A stretch of 39,929 nt of DNA, from NCBI GenBank assembly GCA_021399395.1, contig JAAFKJ010000031.1, positions 1 to 39,929 of the forward strand, read 5' to 3'. The translations under genes and the position numbers were made by a program. Numbering within the stretch: the first letter of the stretch is position 1; every line of letters begins with the position of its first letter. This stretch comes from Candidatus Heimdallarchaeota archaeon. GTDB taxonomy: Archaea > Asgardarchaeota > Heimdallarchaeia > Heimdallarchaeales > Heimdallarchaeaceae. This document shows, in pieces, positions 1 to 9,916 of the stretch. Under the pieces are notes generated by a model that saw only the letters and a list, made by a program, of their open reading frames with translations, ran no database searches and was not told where the DNA came from.

Positions 1-2
1 CT

Positions 3-326
3 GAGGGTTTACGAAAACCAGCTCAGGATGAAAATATAGTTGTTAGAGTAGTTATTAGACCTACAGATGATGAAAAGAAGAAGAAATATCATAAGCTACT
101 AAAAGATATTGGGGTGGAAGTGTTTTACAATGAAACTGTTCATGCCAAACTTATTGTAGTTGATAGAGCTGTAGCAATTGCTTCATCTATGAATTTCACA
201 GTATTTTCTACGGGAGGGCAGAGCTGGGAAGCAGGGATGGTTTCTATAGAACCAAATATAGCAAACACAGTAGCAGATTCGATTCTTAATATAATAGAAG
301 TGCAAGAAACCAAGGAAATGGAATAA
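3..326 (+). CDS. Phospholipase D-superfamily (HKD) domain protein, 5'-truncated by the window
   Basis: Frame is open from the window edge (EGLRKPAQDENIVVRVVIRP...) into the tracked ORF. Contains HAKLIVVD (HxKxxxxD) followed by SSMNFT and a downstream E (WEAG), as in PLD-like nucleases. Confidence 0.8.
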   Translation, partial: EGLRKPAQDENIVVRVVIRPTDDEKKKKYHKLLKDIGVEVFYNETVHAKLIVVDRAVAIASSMNFTVFSTGGQSWEAGMVSIEPNIANTVADSILNIIEVQETKEME

Positions 327-327
327 A

Positions 328-759
328 ATGTTTGCAGACATTTTAGAACAAAGTACACTTGAACATCTTTTTTCTACTTATAAAAAGGAGGGAAAATCTT
401 CTGCTGGTGCCATCATTATTGATATTGTAAATAGGCTAATAACAAGAAAAAATGAGACATTATTGAACTTAACAGTAGATACTACAGTCATCAATATCTG
501 TAAACTAAATAGTCAAAAGAAGAAATTGAAGAAGGGATATTTTGAGATAATAAACTTCTATGAACAGCTAAAAGAAAGGGGTATGGAAAGAATCAACGTT
601 GCTGATGTACAAATATCGAAGATTCGAGATTCATTGGCAGAAGAAATCAGAGGAATCAAAGAACGCGAGACCGCCATTTTAGAGGTAATTGCTTCTTGGG
701 GTTCAATAATATTGTCGATAATTGCGATCATAATTTCAATTATAGCTTTATGCAGTTAA
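328..759 (+). CDS. Hypothetical protein with a C-terminal transmembrane helix
   Basis: 143-aa ORF starting 1 nt after the PLD stop. Hydrophobic C-terminus (WGSIILSIIAIIISIIAL) follows a helical segment. Confidence 0.6.
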   Translation: MFADILEQSTLEHLFSTYKKEGKSSAGAIIIDIVNRLITRKNETLLNLTVDTTVINICKLNSQKKKLKKGYFEIINFYEQLKERGMERINVADVQISKIRDSLAEEIRGIKERETAILEVIASWGSIILSIIAIIISIIALCS

Positions 760-824
760 ATGTTGTAATAATCAAACTATGTTAGAGAACGAGAAACTAT
801 AAGAAAATGTCTAAATTTGATTTT

Positions 825-1862
825 CTAATATCCTTCTTTTTTCCATTCAATCATTTTTTCTAAAGCAGGTATAGAGAATCTTGATATATTTAGATCTTTT
901 TTCTGTAGGAGCTCCATTTCTTCTATAGATATATTCTTCAGTAGGGGGAAAGAGTGTCCTTCTTTTCGTCTATCTATGAAATCATGGTAAAGAATGTACC
1001 AAAAATCCGAGTGATCATCTTTATGCCCCAATCTTCCATCAAGTAACCTTTCTACAATACTTTTGGAGCCTATATTTATCAATGAAAGAGCGGCATTAAG
1101 ACTAGTAACTTCATCTTCTAGACAATACTCAATTAGGTCATCTATAGCTTCTTCATGCTTTGTATATTGCATACAGATAGTTCCTATCCCTCTAACAAGA
1201 TCATCTTCAGATCTTAGAAATTTCCAAACAACATTATTTATTGCAAGCAATTGTTTTCTTGAAGCTTCTTCAAATATCTCATACACAACTACTTGAAAAT
1301 CAAACGCATGACCTAATTTTCCATATTTTGAAAAAAACGGAGAAATCTCGTCGAAGAACTCTATAACTTCAGGTTTGTCATATTCAAGAAGAAGGGGGAT
1401 AGCATGATATGCAAAGAAAATGACATCTTGCCACCAATAGACCTCAAAATCATATTTTGTAAATTCATGTCTTACTATCTCCATCAAACTCTGTAAGGAC
1501 TTTTCACCACGGGAACGGAGTTGATGAAATTGAGAATTAAATATCAGGAAATAATCTTGTTCCTTATCCGTTTTCAGTATGTATCTAGGGATTTTTGGTG
1601 TGAATCTTCCTACATTTAATGCTTTTGCTGCCATTTTTCTATAACAATTAGGTTCATTACTAAGCATTAAAGAAACTAAATCGTCCGTTATTGATTCTAT
1701 TGTGTATTTAGAAAGGAACATGAGTGTTTCCTCAATTGAAATCATGTTAGAGTCTCCATCAAGAGAGTAAATACTTTCATCATGTAGATCAATCCAACCT
1801 TCCTTATCTTCAAGATATTTCATTACTGCATTCTGAATATTTTCATAGAACGAGTGACTCAT
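825..1862 (-). CDS. Hypothetical alpha-helical protein with HEAT-like repeats in the C-terminal half
   Basis: 345-aa ORF. FLRSEDDLVRGIG...EAIDDLIEYCLEDEVTSLNAALSLINIG resembles PBS-lyase/HEAT repeats. Confidence 0.55.
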   Translation of the reverse strand: MSHSFYENIQNAVMKYLEDKEGWIDLHDESIYSLDGDSNMISIEETLMFLSKYTIESITDDLVSLMLSNEPNCYRKMAAKALNVGRFTPKIPRYILKTDKEQDYFLIFNSQFHQLRSRGEKSLQSLMEIVRHEFTKYDFEVYWWQDVIFFAYHAIPLLLEYDKPEVIEFFDEISPFFSKYGKLGHAFDFQVVVYEIFEEASRKQLLAINNVVWKFLRSEDDLVRGIGTICMQYTKHEEAIDDLIEYCLEDEVTSLNAALSLINIGSKSIVERLLDGRLGHKDDHSDFWYILYHDFIDRRKEGHSFPLLKNISIEEMELLQKKDLNISRFSIPALEKMIEWKKEGY

Positions 1863-1957
1863 ATATTTTCTATTTCTTTCCTTTTATTTGAATATTTTGA
1901 GTTGAAGTGAAGTAATCTGTAGTGCATAAAATTCATAAATAATCTTTCTAACCTATA

Positions 1958-2995
1958 ATGGATATCATGAAGAACAAATCTGTAACATCTCTATTTATAC
2001 TTCTATTAATATACCTCGCATCAAGTATAAATGTCAGTATAATTGCAGAAAATAATAATCAAATCACTCCTTCTTTAGGACTGACCCCACATAGCCCAAT
2101 ATCCATAACTTCAGATAATGGTTTTGAGGTTTATCCAGGAAATGGAACAGTTGTAGATCCATATATTATTGAAGGTTACAAAATTTCAACAACTTATTCT
2201 AAAGGTATTTCTATCCAGTATACTACAAAACATTTCATTATTCGTAACTGCTATATTGAAGCGGATAATTTTGGTATTTATTTCAGGGAATTAGCAGAAA
2301 GTACTGCGACTATTATTAACAATACATGTATTAACAATGACCTGTGTGGTATTTGGTTTTCTGAAGCTGGGAGATCTATCGTAGCAAACAACACTTGCAT
2401 TAATAATGGTCTCGGCATCATTCTTTGGTATTCCGATAGTTCTATTGTTGCAAACAATACTTGTACAGATAATGATGAAGAAGGTATTATTCTTCAATTC
2501 ACAAGTAGTTCTATCGCTTCAAACAACACTTGTTATCGTAACTCTAATTGGGGAATTGAGATTTATGATTCTGATTCTTGTTTGGTTTCTTACAATCTGT
2601 TTCAGGAAAATAGTAAACATGGAGTGTATATCCATTTTTCAGATAATAATCTAGTTCATCATAATACCTTTGTAAACAATAACTTAGCGGGAGATTCACA
2701 AGCATCTGGCTATGGAACCAATAACTACTGGTATGATACAGCATTACTAGAAGGCAACTATTATAGCGATTGGTCGGGAACAGGTTCTTATTCCATTGAT
2801 GGTTCTCCAAATCAATTTGATTTATACCCGCTTAGTGAACCACCTGTTGATTATATTACGGAAGAATATACAACACCAGAACCCACACCAACCGAAACCA
2901 CAACAGTATCCAATCTGTTCATGTTCTCTTTCCTAGTGTTATGCATTTCCTTTGTTTTTATTCAATTAATCAGGAAAAAAGAAAATAGACAATAA
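1958..2995 (+). CDS. Secreted parallel beta-helix (NosD/CASH-like) surface protein with C-terminal membrane anchor
   Basis: Signal peptide; GNGTVVDPYIIEG motif; repeated (I/V)xNNTCxxN-x-GI units; GNYYSDW; T/P-rich linker, TM helix and basic tail. Confidence 0.85.
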   Translation: MDIMKNKSVTSLFILLLIYLASSINVSIIAENNNQITPSLGLTPHSPISITSDNGFEVYPGNGTVVDPYIIEGYKISTTYSKGISIQYTTKHFIIRNCYIEADNFGIYFRELAESTATIINNTCINNDLCGIWFSEAGRSIVANNTCINNGLGIILWYSDSSIVANNTCTDNDEEGIILQFTSSSIASNNTCYRNSNWGIEIYDSDSCLVSYNLFQENSKHGVYIHFSDNNLVHHNTFVNNNLAGDSQASGYGTNNYWYDTALLEGNYYSDWSGTGSYSIDGSPNQFDLYPLSEPPVDYITEEYTTPEPTPTETTTVSNLFMFSFLVLCISFVFIQLIRKKENRQ

Positions 2996-3146
2996 GTACT
3001 TGGAAGTGTAGGAAAAAAAGTGAATCGATTATTGAAATCTGGAAAATTAAACCAAATCAGCTTGATTTCTTTTGATTCTTTTTACGACTTTTTTTCTTAT
3101 TGGTGTGAGTAGAAATAGGATAGAAATTGTTCCAACAAATAACCAT

Positions 3147-4028
3147 TCATAACTTGTTTCTTCTTCTTTCTAGTAACATGAGGGATAAAACAACGGTGAT
3201 AAATACCATAGCTGTCCTTTCTTCTCCTAAATCTATATAGAGTTTTGAGGGTTCGAAATCTTCTTCTTTAACAAGTAATCCAGTCTGTTTTTCATAGTAA
3301 TATTCTCTATAATAGTCACGACTAGTGATATTTGTTACTACTTTGAATGTCTCATACATCTTTCCTCCTATCTCTATTTCCACTATATCCACTATTTTCC
3401 TTGTTTCTGAAACATTCTGACCAACTTCTAGATAGGGAGAAGTAATGTAGTTAAAGGGAGAGATAAACAGAGGATTCAATCGCACAGACTCAACATACTG
3501 TCTTATTTCTCCGTATTCGAATGAAGAATTATCCAAAGTATCATAAATATCACGAATAACACCTGTTGTACCGTCAAGCAAAGTGACTTCAGCATTATAT
3601 GGATCTATAATCTCGGAATATGTTCGGCAGTTAGCTATTGTTATTCTAAATACAGATCCATTCAGAAAATCAATTTCATATCCAGCACCAGTCATGAACC
3701 AACTAGCATCCTTCTGCCAAATTAGCCGATATGGTTTATAGTGAAGTGAATTTTCCTCTGGCTCACCATTTAACATGGTTCGAAAATGTAGACGAAAATA
3801 GAGGAGCACTATATCGCCTGTATCTTCAAAAGCCCATATTTTATCTATTCCATAAGTAATATTCAAAACTGTTAAATCTACACCTGGTTCTCCCCAAATC
3901 GTATGTCCTTCTACAATCACAGAACCTCTGGACATCAGTTCATATGGATAATATCCATTTACAGATATAGGGTGAATTAAAGATAAAACAAACAAGACAA
4001 AAACACAGTTTCGTACTAGTTTTCTCAA
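3147..4028 (-). CDS. Secreted, C-terminally anchored hypothetical protein
   Basis: N-terminal signal peptide; YYYEKQTGLLVK beta motif; terminal hydrophobic helix plus RRRNK. Confidence 0.65.
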   Translation of the reverse strand: MRKLVRNCVFVLFVLSLIHPISVNGYYPYELMSRGSVIVEGHTIWGEPGVDLTVLNITYGIDKIWAFEDTGDIVLLYFRLHFRTMLNGEPEENSLHYKPYRLIWQKDASWFMTGAGYEIDFLNGSVFRITIANCRTYSEIIDPYNAEVTLLDGTTGVIRDIYDTLDNSSFEYGEIRQYVESVRLNPLFISPFNYITSPYLEVGQNVSETRKIVDIVEIEIGGKMYETFKVVTNITSRDYYREYYYEKQTGLLVKEEDFEPSKLYIDLGEERTAMVFITVVLSLMLLERRRNKL

Positions 4029-4134
4029 TCTGGTCTCCTCTAGTTATATCATTAATCTGGATAAAAGGTTTTCTGGATGATGAATCAGAAGAATAGATCT
4101 AAATTTGACTATTTCTTTTTCTTCATGAAATCTT

Positions 4135-5256
4135 TCAATTCTTTCTCTTGCTGTTCTTAATCCTTCTAATTATGATTACGGTAGCCAAACCAATACATAC
4201 TAGTGGGAGCAATATTATTCCGGTTTCATCAGTTATTGTTCTAAATATAGTTTGAGTGAAAATCTCTGTAAATTCAATTATCTCAGTATACTCAATTATT
4301 TCTTCATCTAGTCTATAGACCTTAACTCTGTGATTGGTATGATCGGCTATATAGATATAAGTTGAATTTTCTTCATATCGTATATCTATTCCATGAGGCA
4401 TATTTAATTGCTCTTCTCCGGAACCAGGATAACCAAATTTTGTGATGTAATTGCCGTCTTTGTCAAACACTTGGATTCTATGATTATCTCTATCTGAAAC
4501 ATATACTCTTCCAATTCGATCCATTGTCACACCGGTAGGACTATCAAACTCTCCGTTATTCGACCCATAAGAACCGAATTGCCTAACATAAGTTCCGTTA
4601 GGTGTAAATACTTGAATTCTAAAATTTTCCTGATCTGCTACATAAACATACCCCTCGGAATCAAATACTAAGTTCGATGGCAAACTAAACTGTCCATCAC
4701 CTGATCCCTCTGAACCCCATTTGTAGATAAAGTTTCCTTGTTTATCAAACACTTGGATTCTATGATTAAACCTATCAGCTACGTATAAGTAACCTGTTTT
4801 GTTCATCTCCATCCCTAATGGTTGATCGAATTGGCCATCTCCAGTACCTTCTGTACCCCATTTTCGCAGAAAATTACCTTCAGTATCAAACACTTGGATT
4901 CTATGATTTAATGATTCTGCAACATAGATATTATTCTCTGAATCCATCGCTATTCCACTAGGGTTATAAAATTGACCATCTCCAGTGCCATAAGAACCCC
5001 ATTTTCGCAGAAAATTACCTTCAGTATCAAACACTTGGATTCTGTAATTGGCTTTGTCTGTGACATATATTTCTTCAACATCACTGATCAGAATGCCCCA
5101 AGGCTGATAGAGTTGTCCATCGTTTGAACCTAAACCTCCCCAGGAATCATAAAAATAGATCCCCCGAATTGAAGCATTAGTTGACATTATTAGCGAGAAA
5201 AGTATAATACAAGAAATAATCCATAAAGACTGTTTTTTCTTAACCATTTGAATCAA
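4135..5256 (-). CDS. NHL-repeat six-bladed beta-propeller surface protein
   Basis: Six repeats of G-x-G-D-G-Q-F-x-x-P-x-G...YVAD-x-x-NHRIQVFD; signal peptide; C-terminal TM and basic tail. Confidence 0.92.
   Translation of the reverse strand: MIQMVKKKQSLWIISCIILFSLIMSTNASIRGIYFYDSWGGLGSNDGQLYQPWGILISDVEEIYVTDKANYRIQVFDTEGNFLRKWGSYGTGDGQFYNPSGIAMDSENNIYVAESLNHRIQVFDTEGNFLRKWGTEGTGDGQFDQPLGMEMNKTGYLYVADRFNHRIQVFDKQGNFIYKWGSEGSGDGQFSLPSNLVFDSEGYVYVADQENFRIQVFTPNGTYVRQFGSYGSNNGEFDSPTGVTMDRIGRVYVSDRDNHRIQVFDKDGNYITKFGYPGSGEEQLNMPHGIDIRYEENSTYIYIADHTNHRVKVYRLDEEIIEYTEIIEFTEIFTQTIFRTITDETGIILLPLVCIGLATVIIIRRIKNSKRKN
4855..5043. repeat. Identical 48-bp direct repeat (4855-4902 and 4996-5043), one NHL period (141 bp) apart
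   Basis: accccattttcgcagaaaattaccttcagtatcaaacacttggattct occurs twice. Confidence 0.9.
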
Positions 5257-5555
5257 TCCTATTAAAGGACTAATTACAATATTAAAGTTTTATGCACCTT
5301 TTTCGGCAGCATAGAATGAATAAAGATCATAGATGAGAAAAGAAAGTTGCCTGCAATGGGGAAAGAAGATGAAGAAGAAGAGATTATCAAAGTCAACGTT
5401 TTTCTTTAATGAAGCGCGAAGAGATATTAAGTTAGCAGGAAAACTAGTAGAAATGTATGATGAAATATCTCCTTTAGGTAGTAAGAATCGAGATAAAAAA
5501 AGAAGAATAGAACAATATCAAAGCTTTTTGCACTTCCAGCCTTATTCCAAGAATC

Positions 5556-5563
5556 TTTAAATA
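5556..5563 (+). promoter_or_regulatory. Probable TATA box for the 5589 gene
   Basis: TTTAAATA preceded by purine-rich AAGAA, ending about 26 nt before the ATG at 5589. Confidence 0.55.
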
Positions 5564-5588
5564 ATGTTGATACTTCTTTTAAGCTATT

Positions 5589-7232
5589 ATGAAAAGGAAA
5601 GGCATTTCACTGATTATCATTATCATCTTTTTTCTACCAATTCTGTTCCACCAAGGCAATAGTGCAAGCAATTCGACAAAAGCTACTTTTGAAAGAACCG
5701 GATTTGAGTTGAATCAAGAGCTTATAACTCTAGAGGAATTAAATTGGTCTTATGGTTCTTATGCTGGAGGAGTTTTCGCACCAGTTATAGATTCTGATTA
5801 TATCTATGATAGAACAGACACGGTTTTACACGTTCTAGAGGCATCTGGTGATCTAGGAAATGTAGCAGGATGGTATACTAGTTTCAACACCACTGAAGAT
5901 TCAATTTCTCTTTCCTTTGACATGAGAGTTAAAGCTGGGCACCTAACTGCGGTTCAATCATCATTTTCAATTTTTGATAATGTCACTAAGAAAAGACTAC
6001 ATAGCATTTTTTGCTTCGGCGTAAATGGGTACTATGAACAAGACAGCCTTGATCCGGGTTATAAATCATTTAACGTAACATTTTTCACAAATACAACAGC
6101 AAGTCTCCTGATATTTTTTGGAGTAAACGATGGATTTTCTGCGGATTGGAATCAAGAAATGTGGTTAACAAATCTAGAATTGAATCCTTCATTTAATATT
6201 GATAACCTTGAAAGTGTAAATTATCCTCAAATCATCCCATTTAACAATTCCAGTCCAAGAGGTTTATTGTGGCATAATGACAGATTATTAGTTGCTGGGG
6301 GAGGAGGTGTCACGGAATATGATCCTTTAACTGAAGAAATACTCAAAATTTCTCCCATGAGTGACAATCATAGAGCACTAACATTTGATGGAACTTACTT
6401 CTGTTCAGCAAGAGCTTTTTGGTCTGGTTCTTATGATGATTATGAACTGAAGAAATATGATCAAGATTTCAATCAAGTTTCTGTTATAAATCTTAATCTT
6501 CCTAGAAGCGTTGATGTATCTGGTCGAGCTGGTGTTGCTTACGATGGAACATATATTTGGTTAGCTGAGAGTCAAGAAAACGAAATCTATCAACTGAATA
6601 AGGATACTGGAGCAGTAATCAGTACAATCCCAGCCCCTGGACCCAGAATCACTGGAATGGATTTTGATGGTACAGATTTGTGGGTCTGCGATGGAATGCT
6701 TAATCAGATCTTCAGAATATCAACAATAGATGGAAGTATATTGGAAACATACGATACTGATCTCGGATATCTTTGGGGAATAACTATTGACAGTAGTAAA
6801 AACATATGGATTGCATCAGCTGCGAGTACCATTATTTACAAAACCAATATTAACACAGTTTCTGACATTATTGCTCCGATAATTGATGGTCCAGAGGACA
6901 TGTTTACAGAAGTTGGAGCTCTCGGCAATCATATAAATTGGACATTGCAAGACGAAAATCCTGACAATTACACAGTTTATAGAAATGATGTAGGATTGAT
7001 TTTCAATACTTGGATTAATGATCAAATTGTTTCAGTTAATGTTGATTATCTAGTATCAGGTGTTTATAATTATACTATAATTGCATATGATACATCTGAC
7101 AATAAAGCAACAGATACTGTAATCCTAACTGTATATATCATAGCGAGTGAATACTCTCCATATATAGTAGGTTTAATCACATTTGTTTTGGTGACTGTGG
7201 TTATACTGTATAAGAAGAAAAGAAGAAACTAG
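5589..7232 (+). CDS. Secreted multidomain surface protein: beta-sandwich, glutaminyl-cyclase/YncE-like propeller, Ig-like domain, TM anchor
   Basis: Signal peptide; repeated G(L/M/V)x(F/Y)DGxxxW blades; Ig-like INWTLQDENPDNYTVYRN...GVYNYTIIAYD; C-terminal TM plus KKKRR. Confidence 0.75.
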   Translation: MKRKGISLIIIIIFFLPILFHQGNSASNSTKATFERTGFELNQELITLEELNWSYGSYAGGVFAPVIDSDYIYDRTDTVLHVLEASGDLGNVAGWYTSFNTTEDSISLSFDMRVKAGHLTAVQSSFSIFDNVTKKRLHSIFCFGVNGYYEQDSLDPGYKSFNVTFFTNTTASLLIFFGVNDGFSADWNQEMWLTNLELNPSFNIDNLESVNYPQIIPFNNSSPRGLLWHNDRLLVAGGGGVTEYDPLTEEILKISPMSDNHRALTFDGTYFCSARAFWSGSYDDYELKKYDQDFNQVSVINLNLPRSVDVSGRAGVAYDGTYIWLAESQENEIYQLNKDTGAVISTIPAPGPRITGMDFDGTDLWVCDGMLNQIFRISTIDGSILETYDTDLGYLWGITIDSSKNIWIASAASTIIYKTNINTVSDIIAPIIDGPEDMFTEVGALGNHINWTLQDENPDNYTVYRNDVGLIFNTWINDQIVSVNVDYLVSGVYNYTIIAYDTSDNKATDTVILTVYIIASEYSPYIVGLITFVLVTVVILYKKKRRN

Positions 7233-7297
7233 ATTCAAAATCTAAACTTTCTTTTTTTCTCTTTAATCATTAGAATTTCTTCTCCTATTCTCACTAT

Positions 7298-8389
7298 TTA
7301 TAATAAACCCTTCAATCTTTTCCATGCTAACTGAACTTGTGTAAATCTTTGTAAGACCAAAGGTAAAGAATCAATATCAAATTCCTGTTCATTCCACTCA
7401 TAAATAGGTTTCTTCTTGTTTTTCATTAGAGTTACAATTTTCTCCAATTTCTTACAATGTTGAAGAGGGGTCAAATCTATAGTTTCTATTTCGTTGTTTC
7501 CAATATGAATACTGGTAAGATTTTTACAATGCTGAAGAGGAGTAAAGTCAATATATGTAAGTTTATTATCGGATAAATTGATATTTTCTACATTTTTCCA
7601 GTTTTGAAATGGTGAGAGATCTATTTCTGTAAGTTCATTTCTAGAAAGACCAACTGCAGTGAAATTCTTAATATTTTGAAGTGGAGTCAAATTTATATTT
7701 TTGAGTTTATTAGAAGCAAGGTATATGCCAACTAATTTAGGACAGTCTTGAAGAGGGGTTAGGTCTATTTTTTCAAAATAATTTTGTGTAAGATTGAGGG
7801 TTTGGAGGTTTGTGCAGCTTTGTAGTTGGGTTAAATCAATGTTCTTTAGTTGACATTTCATAAGAGATAGTGACTCTAATTTTGTACAAGATTGCAGTGG
7901 TGAAAGGTCTATAGTTTGGAGGGCGTTTACATGTAAGGTTAGACTCTTTAGCTCTTTACACTTTGAAAGAAGGGTAAGATCTATTTTTTCGAAATTGTTA
8001 GAACCAAGATTGAGTTCTTCCAGACTTTTGAGCTTCTGAAGAATGGAAATATCAAAAGGTTGAGATTGCAATTTATTAAGTCGAGATAAATCCAAGAACT
8101 TTAATTTCTCACAATATTGAATCGGGGACAAGTCTATTTCCTGAAATTCATTTGCTGAAAGGTTCAGATGTACTAATTCATAGCAGTTTTCCAATGGTGT
8201 TAAATCGATGGTCTGGAGCCTATTGCTTGAAAGGTCTAGTTTCTTTAGAAATGGAGTATGATTAAGAGCATCTAAATTAACACTTCGGAGATTACGGAAG
8301 AAAATGGGGAGTTCCTCTACATATTCACCGAATTCTACCCAAAATTTCTTTCTGTTGGGGTGTTGTCCTGTTATTCTTAGACCAACCAT
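7298..8389 (-). CDS. Leucine-rich repeat protein (about 22-aa internalin-like repeats), no signal peptide
   Basis: About 12 repeats of LxxLxLxxNxLxxIDLxPLxxCxx. Confidence 0.92.
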   Translation of the reverse strand: MVGLRITGQHPNRKKFWVEFGEYVEELPIFFRNLRSVNLDALNHTPFLKKLDLSSNRLQTIDLTPLENCYELVHLNLSANEFQEIDLSPIQYCEKLKFLDLSRLNKLQSQPFDISILQKLKSLEELNLGSNNFEKIDLTLLSKCKELKSLTLHVNALQTIDLSPLQSCTKLESLSLMKCQLKNIDLTQLQSCTNLQTLNLTQNYFEKIDLTPLQDCPKLVGIYLASNKLKNINLTPLQNIKNFTAVGLSRNELTEIDLSPFQNWKNVENINLSDNKLTYIDFTPLQHCKNLTSIHIGNNEIETIDLTPLQHCKKLEKIVTLMKNKKKPIYEWNEQEFDIDSLPLVLQRFTQVQLAWKRLKGLL

Positions 8390-8628
8390 AATGATTCAAA
8401 CTAATATCAGAATTTTATTTTAGATAAAGATTTCCTCTATAAGACGCAATATTTATCATTGTGAATTATAATATTGAATTAACCGCTGTTTTAAACAATA
8501 AAAGTTATATACTGGTTTTGAGTAAAAAAGAGTGAAAAGAAAATTCTCTCACAAATGTCAGATTAGTTCTTTATAATTACTAATTGAGAAAAGAATATAA
8601 CGTTGTAATGACAAAGGAGTACAAGAAA

Positions 8629-9867
8629 ATGAAATCAGTTATTCTCGCAGGCGGTAAAGGTTTAGATCTTTTCCCCCTCACTCAAACCCGACCCAAACCT
8701 ATGATAACTTTATTGGGTAAACCTATTTTAGAGTATTTAATCAAAGAGTTAAAAGAAGTTGGTTTAAGGGATATTCTGATTGTTACAGGATATAAAGGAG
8801 AACAAATTATCAATTATTTCAAAAAAGGAAGCGAATTTGGTGTTTGTATCGAATATGCTGACCAAGGAGACAAGGAAGGTATTGAAGCAGCATTATTAGC
8901 TTCTGAGGATTTCGTAAAGAATGAATCAGTGTTTATGCTACTCTTCGGAGACATTGTATCCGAAAAAGGTTTGATGTTAAGGGCTCTTAATGCCTTTGAA
9001 AATACTCAATCAGATATGGCTATGACTCTTACTCTTCGTGGTGATACTGGAAATTTCGGTATTGTCGAAATAGATTCTATGGGGCTTGTTAAAAAAGCAG
9101 GAATCAAGAAAGCTGATTCATCTTCGCGTAGTAATTATGTAGATGCTGGTTGTTTTATACTTAAGCCCAATATACTTGATGAAGTAAAAACAAAACTATC
9201 AATAGGTCAAGCTATTAACAGCAGAATTGAAAAAGGAGATAAAGTCATTGCTGCAATCTGGGAGAAAGAGTGGTTTGATATTGGAAAACCATGGAATATT
9301 ATTGAAGCTAACAAGCTTTTGCTTTCTAAAGTTAAAGAATCCAGAATAGCTAAAGATGTTGTTATTGGTGCTAATATAGAAATAAGAAATGCAGTCATTA
9401 TCGAGGAGGGAACTGAAATTTGTTCTGGAGCCGTTCTTAATGGTCCAGTTTATATCGGTCCCAACACCTATATTGGTAATAATACGCTCATTAGAGATCA
9501 TTGTTCCATTGGTAAAGGAGCTATCATTGGTTTTTCAAGTGAGATTAAGAATTCTGTTCTTTTTGATGGAGTAAAAACTTTTGGTCTTTGTTACGTTGGA
9601 GATAGTGTCATTGGTAAGAACACCCACTTATCCTCAGGAGTAATAACGGTAAATACTGACACACCAAAACGAGAGATAACCATGAATATCAATGGTAAAA
9701 CCCACAATACAGGGCGTATGAAACTTGGAGCCATTATTGGAGATAATTGTGATATAGGTGTTAATTCGCTCATCTGCCCTGGAAAAAGAATAGCTTCGAA
9801 CAGCGTAGTAATGCCAGGGTCAACAATAACAGAAGATATGCTGGAAGATAACACTAAGGATAAGTAA
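8629..9867 (+). CDS. Sugar-1-phosphate nucleotidyltransferase with left-handed beta-helix (archaeal GlmU-like)
   Basis: LAGGKG..PLT..RPKP N-terminus; WFDIGKPW; hexapeptide repeats; YVGDSVIG and KLGAIIGD. ATG 8629 follows AAGGAG (ORF track starts at 8584). Confidence 0.85.
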   Translation: MKSVILAGGKGLDLFPLTQTRPKPMITLLGKPILEYLIKELKEVGLRDILIVTGYKGEQIINYFKKGSEFGVCIEYADQGDKEGIEAALLASEDFVKNESVFMLLFGDIVSEKGLMLRALNAFENTQSDMAMTLTLRGDTGNFGIVEIDSMGLVKKAGIKKADSSSRSNYVDAGCFILKPNILDEVKTKLSIGQAINSRIEKGDKVIAAIWEKEWFDIGKPWNIIEANKLLLSKVKESRIAKDVVIGANIEIRNAVIIEEGTEICSGAVLNGPVYIGPNTYIGNNTLIRDHCSIGKGAIIGFSSEIKNSVLFDGVKTFGLCYVGDSVIGKNTHLSSGVITVNTDTPKREITMNINGKTHNTGRMKLGAIIGDNCDIGVNSLICPGKRIASNSVVMPGSTITEDMLEDNTKDK

Positions 9868-9916
9868 ATCCAAATAAAAGAAAAAGAAGATAAGAGGCAG
9901 AGTGTCTTTTCAGTTT

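Noticed and set aside
4135-5256. Periodic repeats resembling a CRISPR array
   Set aside because: The 141-bp period is in frame and encodes NHL blades; there are no unique spacers and no cas genes.
5333-5560. 75-aa ORF between the divergent NHL and 5589 genes
   Set aside because: No recognisable motif, and its end overlaps the probable TATA box of the next gene. It could be real but is unsupported.
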